Source: Piedraia hortae CBS 480.64
Lineage: Eukaryota
Assembly: GCA_010093745.1 (NCBI GenBank)
Contig: MU005964.1
Location: forward strand, 62,001 to 126,000
Length of the DNA: 64,000 nucleotides
Direction: 5' to 3'
The position numbers were made by a program, and so were the translations under genes. Position 1 is the stretch's first letter. Each line of letters begins with the position of its first letter. This document shows positions 32,036-42,738 of this stretch, piece by piece. The notes beneath the pieces were generated by a model. It was not told the origin of the DNA, did no database searches, and saw nothing but the letters and a program-made list of their open reading frames with translations.

Positions 32036-33172
32036 ATGAAGCGAGGACCTTCGGATGATGCCCTAGCTCGAGCGGATGGCAATCAAAAGAGACAGAGGAC
32101 ACACATACAGAGCCCCGACTTACATATCGGCAACCAAGACCACCTGGCCAACGCAAATGGAGACAATGCGTGCGCAATAGATTACTTTGCACAGCATGGC
32201 AAGTGGCCGGACAATGTTGCCAGTGCAGTGTCTTCTTTGGAAATCAGTGCAGAGGAGCTGGAATCAGAGCGGCGAGACCCCAAGCAGCCGTCTTATCAGG
32301 ACGATGAATACGACGAGTTACTTGCCGGGATGGGTAGCTATCTTAAAGACCATGAATTGGGACTTACAGAAGCAAGCCTGGCTTTGTGTGAAAACTTCTT
32401 GACTCAAAAGCGTAAGGTTCCTGGAAACACACTTTTTCGAGACGACATCTTTGACCACACTCAGTTTCGCTTAGAAATTGCCAACGAAGGTTGGATTCTT
32501 CGAGAAATTGCACCGCTTTTAATCCCGTCTCCCATCAGACTGGCCATATTTGGAGCCACCAACCTCGAGTGCGTTAGCGAACTCGTCAACGGGGTTTGGG
32601 ATATGTGCAATTCCCTAACACGTCCACCCCCAGAGCCGGGCTACACAATCGGCTTCTTGGACCTCAGCTTTAATTCTCGAGGCTGTAAACTCTTGCCTTT
32701 TGTTGGCAAGTGTTCGGAGACGTCGCATTTCAAAGCCACAGCAGATGTTTTCTTCCCATTTCTAACCTGCGAAGTCGACTGCAGCACATATGGACTGTAC
32801 TATTCGAGGCGCCGAAATGCACATAGCATGACCCTTGCCGTGCGTGGTGTTGTGGAGCTCTTCAGGCTAGTTAACCGTGAGAAAGAGGTCGACAGGGAAA
32901 TTCTCGGTTGGTCCGCTGAGCTCGAAAGAGATATCTTAGTCATATCTGGCCACTACGCTGTCATCAATGGGCCAACACAGGAATATTACCGTCACAAAGT
33001 CCTCTCTTTACCGTGGAGAGGCCAAAAGTGGCTGCCCTATCAATTCTTTACAAATCTTCACCACGACTGGATTCCAAAACACTACGAAAGGATCTGTTCT
33101 GCAATTGACGATTTGCCGAACGGCGTCAATTTTGGGTTGGATGATGATTTCGAGAAAGAGCTTCCCATGTAA
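32036..33172 (+). CDS. PD-(D/E)XK restriction-endonuclease-fold-like protein, copy A (recalled as DUF7924-type); catalytic motif degenerate
   Basis: Family motif FPFLTCEV...NAHSMTLAVRGVVELFRLV.REKE.DREIL is present; clearly paralogous to 35004-36080. An alternative ATG lies at 31976. Confidence 0.75.
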   Translation: MKRGPSDDALARADGNQKRQRTHIQSPDLHIGNQDHLANANGDNACAIDYFAQHGKWPDNVASAVSSLEISAEELESERRDPKQPSYQDDEYDELLAGMGSYLKDHELGLTEASLALCENFLTQKRKVPGNTLFRDDIFDHTQFRLEIANEGWILREIAPLLIPSPIRLAIFGATNLECVSELVNGVWDMCNSLTRPPPEPGYTIGFLDLSFNSRGCKLLPFVGKCSETSHFKATADVFFPFLTCEVDCSTYGLYYSRRRNAHSMTLAVRGVVELFRLVNREKEVDREILGWSAELERDILVISGHYAVINGPTQEYYRHKVLSLPWRGQKWLPYQFFTNLHHDWIPKHYERICSAIDDLPNGVNFGLDDDFEKELPM

Positions 33173-33638
33173 GCGTTGGTGAAGAGGGTCGTCGACGTTG
33201 AGTAACGGAAGTGGCTTCATGGGCCATCGTGTCTGATTGTGTACACTAGAAAAATACCTATCTTCTCAAGAGTTTTGTTTTTCGCCCCAATGTCCTAACA
33301 TGTGTCATTTTGCAGTGTATATTAAACTAATACAACCACTGATACAGTATTGTATTGACGGAAGCTATGTACTTTGAGGACTTCGTGGCTTGTGGGTGTC
33401 GGCTATGCCCTTTTCACGCTATAAACCATGTAAATATCATAGTATGCAGAACTTAAGGGTTGTGCCATTGACAAGAGCCCAAGGACTACTAAACCTATTT
33501 TAGCGGGGCTTGGGGCATGCATGGATGCCTTGCACTATCATTGGCTACCAACTGAGTGTCAGGAGTTCCAGTCACATGGCTTCGGCACGGCCCGTGGGGT
33601 CCTATACCACCGAGACAGCTGCCCCACCAACAAGAGTC

Positions 33639-34106
33639 TCATATTAATAGAGAAAGAGTCCTTCTAACCGCATTCGGCCTAGCCCCCTGTTGGGTGTTGT
33701 TCCCTGATCGACTTTGGCCAGGTGGGTACATACATCTCAAACTGCAGTTGGTTTGACGTTGGTTGCGCAAGAGTTGCCCATTTCCCGAGTGAGTTGGTTG
33801 TGGCCACTGCGGCGGAGGCGGAGGCATTGGGTACCACTGCGGTTGCGACGGTCCTTATTGGAAATAAGCTGGTTGTGACAGCTGTGCCCGCAGCTGCCTC
33901 TGCTCGATGGCCTCCAGTACTGATAGATCAGGAGCTCTGGCCCGACCTCGCATTGCACTGCTACCCCATCTTCCTCGTCCACGGCCACTGCCCCGCACCC
34001 TCGTGCTTCCACTTCACAGATCGATGCGACCACCAGTAACCCCTCTCGAGGATGGATCCTGAGCTGGCTGGGGCTACTCTTGCTCCCGTGGTGGGGTTGT
34101 GCCATT
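33639..34106 (-). pseudogene. Possible interrupted RG-rich/P-Q-rich reading frame
   Basis: One frame reads PPREQE*PQPAQDPSSRG...DL*SGSTRVRGSGRGRGRWG...AYFQ*GPSQPQWYPMPPPPPQWPQP, with in-frame stops at 34076, 34016 and 33857. Confidence 0.3.
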
Positions 34107-35003
34107 TCATTAGACTAAGATTTAGGTAGGTGACTGTAATGAGTGTGAAAGATGTATTATGCGGAACTACACTATACTACACAGCTTATAGCAACTAATC
34201 TATCTCTATCGGTATCCATCAAAGAAATTATCCGACGCATCGTCGCCGTGAGTGCCTCAAGTGTTAATTAATCATTGCATGAGTTGACTGGTTGTGGCAA
34301 CACGCTAAGACCAATGCGGTCAGCTGGACTCTTTTTCTATTAATACGAGACTCTTTTTCTAGGTGAGGCGTCGCAGACTTGCACATTAAGTCGATTTCGC
34401 GCGCTTTATAACATGGGTGGATAAGTATAGCCACAGCCTGTTGCCACGCAAATAGGATTGGTGCGCACATTCCTAATACCTACATAGGTAATTGAGACCT
34501 CGCATTCAATCAGTTAAAAGATTATGGGGACTGCCCCGGGATGCCGTCAGGTCTAGCAGGAATGATATCGTGGCGATGCAAGGCATCTACTCTGCTTGTT
34601 TGACAAACAAACAAAGACAAAGTTTGTCTGTTCTTCTGGGTTTCCTTATATAGGTGGATAGACCCCCAAAATGCAATCTACGGGTTCTACCTCACGTTTT
34701 ATCACAATCAAGGTAAATCAAGTACCAGATATGTTGTCATATCGAGCTATAATATGATACTGATCAAGTTGCAGGCACGCAGTTGAGAGCAACATTTCGC
34801 TGATAGGCGCTTCGTGATGGCGAACACTGCGTGTCAACATGCGAATTCGAGATCGGCAATCGCGACTAGATAAACGCCAGTAACTATGCCCCTGGCGCGT
34901 ACATATGGATATATAATAGTTCTCCTTCGAAACAGGTAGCAACTAAGACTGTACTTATCGTTTGATCCATCAATCACTTCCCTTTCAGCACCTTGAGGCA
35001 AGC

Positions 35004-36080
35004 ATGGTCAGTATAAACCTCGTGAAGTCACTACAGGCGAGACGTGCGATTCAGAAAGGTGAATCCGCTTCGCAGACACGAGATCCTGTTCCCCAGGCGA
35101 ATGAGAATGAACTTGATCCCTCTAAACGCACGAGAAAACCCACATGGAAAGTGTCCGAGTCTGGTGTTTCCTCCGTGCCAGACTCAGCAGCTTATAAAAA
35201 TGCAGCCTATGAAAAGCTACTCAAGGAATCAGGCTGCTTCTTGAAGTCTGCAGAAAGGCCGAACAGTAAGAGCGCAAAGATGTGTCGACGCCTGCTGGAA
35301 CACGATGTAGCGCCTCCAGCCGCATCATTGTTCCAGGATGAATTACTACAGTATACTGTAAGGAGGCTGGAAAAAAGGAATGAAGCCCGGGTCGTCATGG
35401 ACCTAACCAGGCTTCTTGTTCCATCTGCGGAATCTCTAGCCATCCATCATGAGGAGCGACAATACAGCTACTTTTATGAAACGATAAATGAAGGATGGAT
35501 ACGTTGTATGAAGATCACAAGCCCCCGGCCACAGCCGGACTACGCTGTCGGGTTCAAGAAGCAGGCCTTCTCTGCAGTCCAGCTGCGAAAAGCTCAGCCA
35601 TTCATTGGTACGGATGATCACCTATCCTATTTCAAGGCCACAAGGGAGATGCTGTTCCCATTTCTGGCCTGTGAAGTCAAGGCCGATGAAACGGATTTTC
35701 CGGCAGCTAGACGTCAAAACACTCACAGCATGGCCGTAGCCGTGAGGGGCGTGGTGGCATTGTTTAAACTTCTGGGCGAAGAACACACCTTGGATCAAAA
35801 GGTCCTGGCCTTTTCCGTCGTTCACGATAGGTCATCGGTGATGATCCATGGCCACTATCCAATTACGACTGCTGGTACAGGCCAAGTTAATTGCTATACA
35901 GTTAGCCTATACCAAGGTCGGTTTACCGACACCATAGGAGCCGGGTCGAGAGGCCGATGGACGTCTTTTCAATTCGTTATGAACGTTTATCGTATATGGG
36001 CACCTGCCCATTTCGAAATGCTCTGTTCGGCGATGGAAAGATTGCCGAACGTTCCGAATGCATATCTCGATCAAAAATGA
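35004..36080 (+). CDS. PD-(D/E)XK restriction-endonuclease-fold-like protein, copy B (recalled as DUF7924-type); catalytic motif intact
   Basis: Motifs RNEARV, RPQPDYAVGF, FPFLACEVK and ARRQNTHSMAVAVRGVV. TATA-like TATATAA at about 34910. Confidence 0.8.
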   Translation: MVSINLVKSLQARRAIQKGESASQTRDPVPQANENELDPSKRTRKPTWKVSESGVSSVPDSAAYKNAAYEKLLKESGCFLKSAERPNSKSAKMCRRLLEHDVAPPAASLFQDELLQYTVRRLEKRNEARVVMDLTRLLVPSAESLAIHHEERQYSYFYETINEGWIRCMKITSPRPQPDYAVGFKKQAFSAVQLRKAQPFIGTDDHLSYFKATREMLFPFLACEVKADETDFPAARRQNTHSMAVAVRGVVALFKLLGEEHTLDQKVLAFSVVHDRSSVMIHGHYPITTAGTGQVNCYTVSLYQGRFTDTIGAGSRGRWTSFQFVMNVYRIWAPAHFEMLCSAMERLPNVPNAYLDQK

Positions 36081-36666
36081 TGACTGCGTTTTGGGTGATG
36101 AGGATGGTCCGGAACAGTTTGCGAGTCTTGCCAGGGCGGTGGAACTTGTTGGCGAAGGGGGTCTTCATGAATGAGATAGGGCGTGGGTGTGTATCTAGTC
36201 GAGTATTGACGTCAAGGTAATGCTGTAGATACACTGGCGCTTGAACAGAATGATCGTCATCAAATCACGTATCCAGTATCATGATCACCACTCAAAACAA
36301 CCCCCCGCCAGGTGCACCCAGCGGCGTAAGCGTTATAACGAAGTCAAGCAGATCCCATCGGCTTGATATCATGTATCCCTCTGATGGTGCCTGGCCAGTA
36401 GCCGGAAGCTTTAAGAGCTTTCAAACCTCAACTGCAATTGCACGAGGTCTCGGAGGCGCCATCGGGTCGAAACTCAACCGAGAGACCGAAGTAGACCCTC
36501 CTAACTCAGCGTAACTCCTCATGCGATCCGCAGGATATTTATTCTTGGAGTCTCTTGTGAAGTGATGTGGCGGCAGGGCAATGTGATTGTTAAATAAACC
36601 CCGCACCCGGGGTAACTAATTAGCCAGCTTAATCATCAATATTGCTTCATTAGATCATCATTATCA

Positions 36667-37674
36667 TCACCCATCACTCGACTCAGCAGTAGAACTCCGG
36701 TTTCGTTTCTGCAACTTCGTCCGTCTGCCGGAGCTCGTAGACCGAGTGCGATGACCATTTTGCAGCGAAACAGGCGGGTTGGATTTCGAGGGTTCTAATG
36801 TCCCTGGACGTAGAACTTCAAAACCACTGCCATGTCCTCGTAGCACTTCAGACTCGGGGTTTACTAGACCCGGCAACTCCGTATCAATAGGTTCCGACAT
36901 GTCTGAAGCGTCGGAGCGGGACGGAGCATGGCGGAAAGCGGGGTGATCTGCTGAATCAACAGCCCTTGTAGGCAGAGTCATGCTGGCTGCCGAGTCTCGA
37001 CTCCGACTCCACCGCTTGGGTCGTAGTTGCCCCGTCTCAGCGACTTGTGATTGTCTATGTGAATCCAGCATTTGTAAATCCGCCGACACTGGTCGTGCTT
37101 GCGATGGAGGTCGAGAACTCGCCAGAGTCTCAACACTGCTGTTGTCGCTAGGCCAAAAGCTCGTTGATAAGGCCGGCCTCAGCATCTGGGGTGAGTTTGC
37201 ATATTTATCATACGAGCACGGCGGATGCCGAGCCCTATTCGGCTTTGCAATCGCCCCAACCTCTTGCTCAAACCCAGGCGACGAATGCTGGTAAAGGCCC
37301 TCTTCCGCGTCCGAATCCGTCCCACGTCGCAGACGCGTTGAGTGCAAAAGCGACGCACCGGAGCTCATCTGACTTTTACTATCCGGCGTCGTCGGTCTTG
37401 AAACCCAGATTCCCTCCACCTCAACCCCACTTTCCAGAGCCCTGATCCCAAACGGAATCTCATCATCCACAGCGGGAAAGGGCTGCTCATGCATAACCTG
37501 CCGTTGAATCATCTGTTCCTTTCTCTCCTTCTCCGCGATTGCCGTGTACTTTCGCAAACGCCAGTGTGTGTAACCCACCTTGGTCGCGCCGGCGAAAAAC
37601 GTCAGCAGAATAGCGCCCGCTAGGCAAAATGTCAGCTTCTCCCATGTTTCCCATCCAGTGAAGAAGCGAGGCAT
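36667..37674 (-). CDS. Hypothetical single-pass membrane protein
   Basis: GWETWEKLTFCLA plus a TM helix, then IPFGIRALESGVEVEGIWVSRPTTP (a motif I recognise from fungal proteins) and an S/R/P-rich tail. Confidence 0.8.
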   Translation of the reverse strand: MPRFFTGWETWEKLTFCLAGAILLTFFAGATKVGYTHWRLRKYTAIAEKERKEQMIQRQVMHEQPFPAVDDEIPFGIRALESGVEVEGIWVSRPTTPDSKSQMSSGASLLHSTRLRRGTDSDAEEGLYQHSSPGFEQEVGAIAKPNRARHPPCSYDKYANSPQMLRPALSTSFWPSDNSSVETLASSRPPSQARPVSADLQMLDSHRQSQVAETGQLRPKRWSRSRDSAASMTLPTRAVDSADHPAFRHAPSRSDASDMSEPIDTELPGLVNPESEVLRGHGSGFEVLRPGTLEPSKSNPPVSLQNGHRTRSTSSGRRTKLQKRNRSSTAESSDG

Positions 37675-38341
37675 GGAGTCCTCACTGCGAAATCGGTAAA
37701 TCTGGAAAGAATATCAATCACGAGCGTGGTGAACACGACGTAAAAGAAACCCACGTGCCGGAGCCGAAACGTGCAGCCTGCCACGCTTCATGACGGGCTG
37801 GTCGGGAAAGTGTGGCGAAAGTAAAAAAAAAGCAAGGCAGTGTCGGCGATGAACTCGCGGGGAACATTCGCGATATTTCCATAAATAGCATATGCCAAGC
37901 ATGGCAAAGTCGAACTGGGCATTCTTTTTTTTTCTCGGGAACCAGCAGAGTACATTCCGCAGGACCACTAGAATGTGGGTTAGATCAGTGTGATCACATC
38001 TTGATAGCAGAACAAAAGAATTGTGGTTGAAAAAAAAAAGTAAAAAATCGTAGCTTCGCATCGTTTCGATCGATGGTCCTCCGGGTTATGAGCCCGGCGC
38101 GCTTCCGCTGCGCCACGAAGCTTCTTTCGATATTGAGGTTGGCGAACACCGCTGTATTTAACCATGCTGTCGAAGGCACCGAAGTCCTCCCGAACATGGT
38201 CAATTGTGAGCAGGATAACGTATCATTGAAAGACTTCCACGGTAAACAGGAAGGTGTCATTCATATGCATCATTGGGCCATGCGAGTATACAAAAATTAC
38301 GAATACCATGGCATCGCACTGTTCAACAAACCACCATCTTA

Positions 38342-40334
38342 TCAATCAGATGAAAACGGATTCAACGGATATTCAGGCTGATCATCCAATCTGCTCTGCT
38401 GCTGTCCGTGATGACTCTGGCTTGTTTCAGGTCGCCCTTGACGTCGCAGATACTGTAGGTATAACTTGTCAGAATTAAGCTGTGGGCTCATAACTCCCAA
38501 TCGTCGCAGAGGGGAAGCCTCTGCATGTCGGTTCAGTCTCCCAGTGACTTCCTCGTTTTCGACGAGAATTACCATCCAAACACCAACGCGTGAGTCACTG
38601 CCGAATAATGGTGTACAGTGAACCCACCGCGGTTTGCCATGTACGTACCCTGACACGTCATCGCGTGCGTGGTGAGGTATTGAGCTTAGCCAGGAGACCT
38701 TGGCTGTAACGTTGGTGCCCTGCTGCAATGCTGATTCAAGGCCTTGTCGGAGTTGGACAGGGCCGCCGATACGGTCTAGGAATTTTGATTGAAGCATGCC
38801 AGGAAACCTCAGCGATGGAGAGGTAAAGGTTATGCGAAGGGATGGATATGGACGCACGAGGAGGTACTGGTCTGTCAGTTGCCCCGTGTAGGAAGAAAGG
38901 ATACGACTCACATTTTGGTAAACGCCAGGAAGGCCTCCGTCATCGCTCAAACCCCTAGACGATTTTTGATCCCAATCTCCCACCTCGATACGCTGTCGTT
39001 CTCGTGGACGTGGCTGTGCCTCTGGGGGCTGACTGCCACCAGCGTCTTGGCTGCTGAGAACGCTAATTTCATCGTCACTCAAAAGACTCCCTAGCTCCAC
39101 AAGAGCTTCTTTCGCCGCTCTAGCCGATTGCATTTCTGGATCGCGCCGCATCGCATTCGCATCTTGCCGCAAAAGCGTGGCTAATGTGTCTATGCTTCTT
39201 CCACCGTCTACGATCGAGGAAACATCGATCTGGCAGCCCAGAAAATATCGCACCTTGCCCAGGTTGTCGCAAAGAGGAGATATCATGAGCAGGTTCAAGA
39301 ATGGCGAGCCGTCTCGCCGGTAATTGAGAATGGTCTCACAAATTCCTTTGCCGTCTGCCATAGTTTTTGAAAGTCGTCTGACACACGAGGTGGAAGTCTG
39401 TGGGCCTTGGAGAAAGCGACAATTGCGGCCGATAACATAGTCTCGGCCATATTGTGTAGTACGGTAGAACTCTGCCCATGTCAATTCATAAAACTTTGCA
39501 TTGAAAGTGATGATTACCTTCAGAAGCATACACAATGGGGTTATCAGGCAAGCCCGGGTCGGTCAAACAGAATACTTCAGCCAAGCTCGGCACGAGGTCC
39601 CGCATCAGAGGGACGCCGTTGCCTGTAATTTCTTTGATCAAAACATCCGTGATGACGCCCACCAACCGTTGAGTTATGTAGGCCGGTAATGCTTCATCGA
39701 TCAAATCATCTACCATCCTCTGATACTCTTCCTCAAACCGACTGTCCAACTGAGCAGCCACATAAGCCCGACGTTGGGCCGGCATGGGAACTTCATCCAC
39801 AATAGCGTTGGCATACTCCACTGCGGTATTCGCCTTTCTGAATTCCACGTAGCGTTTTAGCGTGTCCGAGTGCTGAGGGAGACTCTCCTTTAGAAAGGTT
39901 GTCAGCCGCGATGCTGCGGAAACATCTGCAAGTATAACATCCAGGTGCGCCTTTGAGAAGAGGCGTGCAGCCAGTACTTCAATCTTTGAGTGCGTTACAG
40001 ATGGAGCCGGCGGACGAAGGTCGTATGAGGGTTCATCTGGTGCAAGGCCAGCTGCGTTTATTGAATTACTACGCCGCTCAGGCTTCAGGTCACGTCGTGG
40101 ATCGTAACCGCTGCGCAACGAAGGGGTGCGGACAGGATCAAGGGAAGGAGCCCTTGCACTGTTCACCGTTGGCGGTCTGAGCTCAAAATCTGTAATCCTT
40201 GGTGGCTCGGGGAAATTCTCCGGGCGCAACCTAGACGCGGAATCTGATGCCCCTTCCCGAGATTCGAATGGCCTTAGGAAATCGGGCAATGTGGAGCCTT
40301 TGCGCAGGATTAGCCCAGCAATGTCTCTCTCCAT
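38342..40334 (-). CDS. RGS-LOV-DUF blue-light photoreceptor (BcLOV4-like; introns 39517-39472, 38911-38867)
   Basis: LOV domain VFCLTDPGLPDNPIVYASE/EFYRTTQY..IGRNCRFLQG..NYRRDGSPFLN..GCQ retains the photoactive Cys and the signalling Gln. The N-terminal helical region (LF..AHL..IL, EALPAYIT) and the C-terminal YLLVRP...WVHCTPLFG...VGVWMV fit the RGS-LOV-DUF architecture. Confidence 0.88.
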
Positions 40335-41581
40335 GAAATCTGTCCGCTTAGGGAAGCAGATGCTCCATACGGCGGTTGGATACTCGGAGAAATATAGTGA
40401 ACTGTGTGGGGCTATAAATGTGCTTGATGGTCAACACAAACAGGGAACTGTGGACAGTTTCGTATTGACAAGCCATGCTTTTGTAAAGGCAATGAACGGA
40501 CGAACATCCTAGGAAAATTCCACGGCTACGAGCAAGCCCGACGCCACCGGGGCTCACAGCCTTGACGAGTAGAGAGGCCCCATTCTAGCGAACCCGAAGC
40601 CACACACCATATCTCCGGCAGTAAGAGTTCCTTCTCCTGACTGTTGGCTGTTCGACGGCTGACTTCTGTCAAGCCAAATAGGAGTACAGATTGCGACATG
40701 GTGAAGCAACATCTGCTTATGCCTAGCTGCCTTCAGCATGGCCAGCTTACGCAAGAGATTGAGTTTAGTGATGTTGTTGGGGGCCCTGCAAATGACATGC
40801 CGGATCTGTTCACGGGGTGTTTCAGCAAGGAACTCTTACCGGGTCTTTCTCCCCACACCAAGCGAAGGATTAGATCGGCTCAAATTGTGCAGCACGACCG
40901 GCACAATTACCCGGGTCTCCACGATTCGGCAGTTGATGGTAGATCCCGACAACATCATCAACGGCAGCAGGTTGAGATTCGTTTACGTTGGTCTTACGGT
41001 CCATCTGCCGCACATAAATTGTAACTGAGAGCGGAGAATTCCTGGGACCTTGTGGCCCCTGTCCCGTTGTTGAGAACGTTAAAGGGTTTGGCGGCTGGTG
41101 ACAGTCCGGGATTGTAATGTTTATGTTGCGTGTTACGGGGTGCTCAGACCAGTAAACTCTGTAGATCTTAACGTCCTGCTTGCCCTCGTAGAACCTGCCA
41201 CGTGCTGCAAATTATGATGTTATGCACTGGGGGTTCATACGCAGGCTTCCTGCCAATACACGCTTCGGAGTAGAAACACAAACAAGTGGACGGAAGTCCA
41301 GGATGCTTCCAAAATGACACCAAAGGACTTCGAGCTCAGCTGAACCCCGGCCATCAGTCGTCAGCCAGAGTTTCGGTACAGCATGGCCCATTTAAACGTT
41401 TCAAACGTCTATGGCGCAAAGTTCTCTGAAGAAGTTCTTGAGAAGACTTTGAGCTTTGACTCAATATTCGATCTCTCGAAACCCTCGAACTGTCCTTAAT
41501 GATTCAGATATGTTCGGCAGGGATCACATCTGATGAATACCAGAGCCCCATAAAACTGCTACTCTCTCACATGTGTAGTTT

Positions 41582-42475
41582 CTACAAAGGTTTTATCAAG
41601 AGGTGCAGGGTCAGCTGAATGGCTCGGGCCAGCTCGGTACCCTCGTGCCAAACTTGATCGTGCTGACCCGAAAGCTCAATGAACTTCAGCTTGCGATCAA
41701 CATTGGTCTCACCAAAGCCAGATCGCCTTAGTGCGCTGAGCTGGCTGATTGATTGATCCAACTCAACCATCTCGTCTTGGTGGGAATGTGCAATAACAGC
41801 CAATCTCCCCTCGGTCCAGCTTTCACAATACCTACCATTCACAGGACTAGCAGCTGCCCAGACTGACGTGTCCAAGCCAAAAGCAGTGGAAATAAAGTCT
41901 TTGTAGGCCGGAGTTTGTGAATGGTTGTTGACCAAGCCAGGCAAGTCGTACAGTCCCTCCACACCGAGGATGGCTATCGGTGGTTTCACACCCCTTTCGT
42001 TCAGCCCGGACTGCCCCCAACAACACTTCATGGCTACTTGGAAAGCGAGGGTGGCACCGCATGAGTGGCCAACCAAGATGTAACGCTTATCAAACGAGAA
42101 CTTTTCTTGGAGATACAACAGCGCTTGGAGCACATCGTTTATGTGATCCGGATGCATCGCATTGTGGGCAGGGTCAGCTGAGCTAGTTTGTTGGTATGGA
42201 GAATCAAGATAAGGAGAAAGACGGTAATTTATTGAGGCAAACCCGGCAATCTGTCTGACTACTTCGGATCGTAGCAGAATTTCCTGAGCTGGTCCCAAGG
42301 ACGCCGCATTGATGTCGGGGTCCCGCCATGCTCCACCGTGAATGTACACTACCCAGACAGCTTTGTGACTCTGATTGACCGGACGGGGAAGACATATATC
42401 AATGGTGTTGAGGGTCGAAAAGCTCGAATAGGAGACGCTGGTATAATCCGGCGCTGACCCAGCTGGTTTCGCCAT
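41582..42475 (-). CDS. BNA7: Kynurenine formamidase-like alpha/beta hydrolase
   Basis: Motifs VYIHGGAWRDP, INYRLS, HPDHINDV, LVGHSCGA, HSHQDEMV and GQHD. ATG at 42475. Confidence 0.85.
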   Translation of the reverse strand: MAKPAGSAPDYTSVSYSSFSTLNTIDICLPRPVNQSHKAVWVVYIHGGAWRDPDINAASLGPAQEILLRSEVVRQIAGFASINYRLSPYLDSPYQQTSSADPAHNAMHPDHINDVLQALLYLQEKFSFDKRYILVGHSCGATLAFQVAMKCCWGQSGLNERGVKPPIAILGVEGLYDLPGLVNNHSQTPAYKDFISTAFGLDTSVWAAASPVNGRYCESWTEGRLAVIAHSHQDEMVELDQSISQLSALRRSGFGETNVDRKLKFIELSGQHDQVWHEGTELARAIQLTLHLLIKPL

Positions 42476-42738
42476 TGATCTTGCGAGGATCCAGTAATCT
42501 GAATGCCACGTGACTTCACATGCTGCCACGTTTTCGCCACCACTGTGACGTGTGACAGCCGCTAACCGCTGACCGCTAATTTCCAAGAGTGGGGCTACGC
42601 GGCGACGTCATTGTGGTGACGAACCTAGCGCAGCCACTCTTGCCTCATTTTCTCTTCCTACAAGTCAACAACACCTTCGTGTCCGTTTGTATCAGTTTGC
42701 GCAGTGCGGTTTTGTGGGCCCACTGCGAGTCAGACGAC

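Noticed and set aside
40644..41028. ORFs upstream of the RGS-LOV gene
   Set aside because: No motif or codon-bias support.
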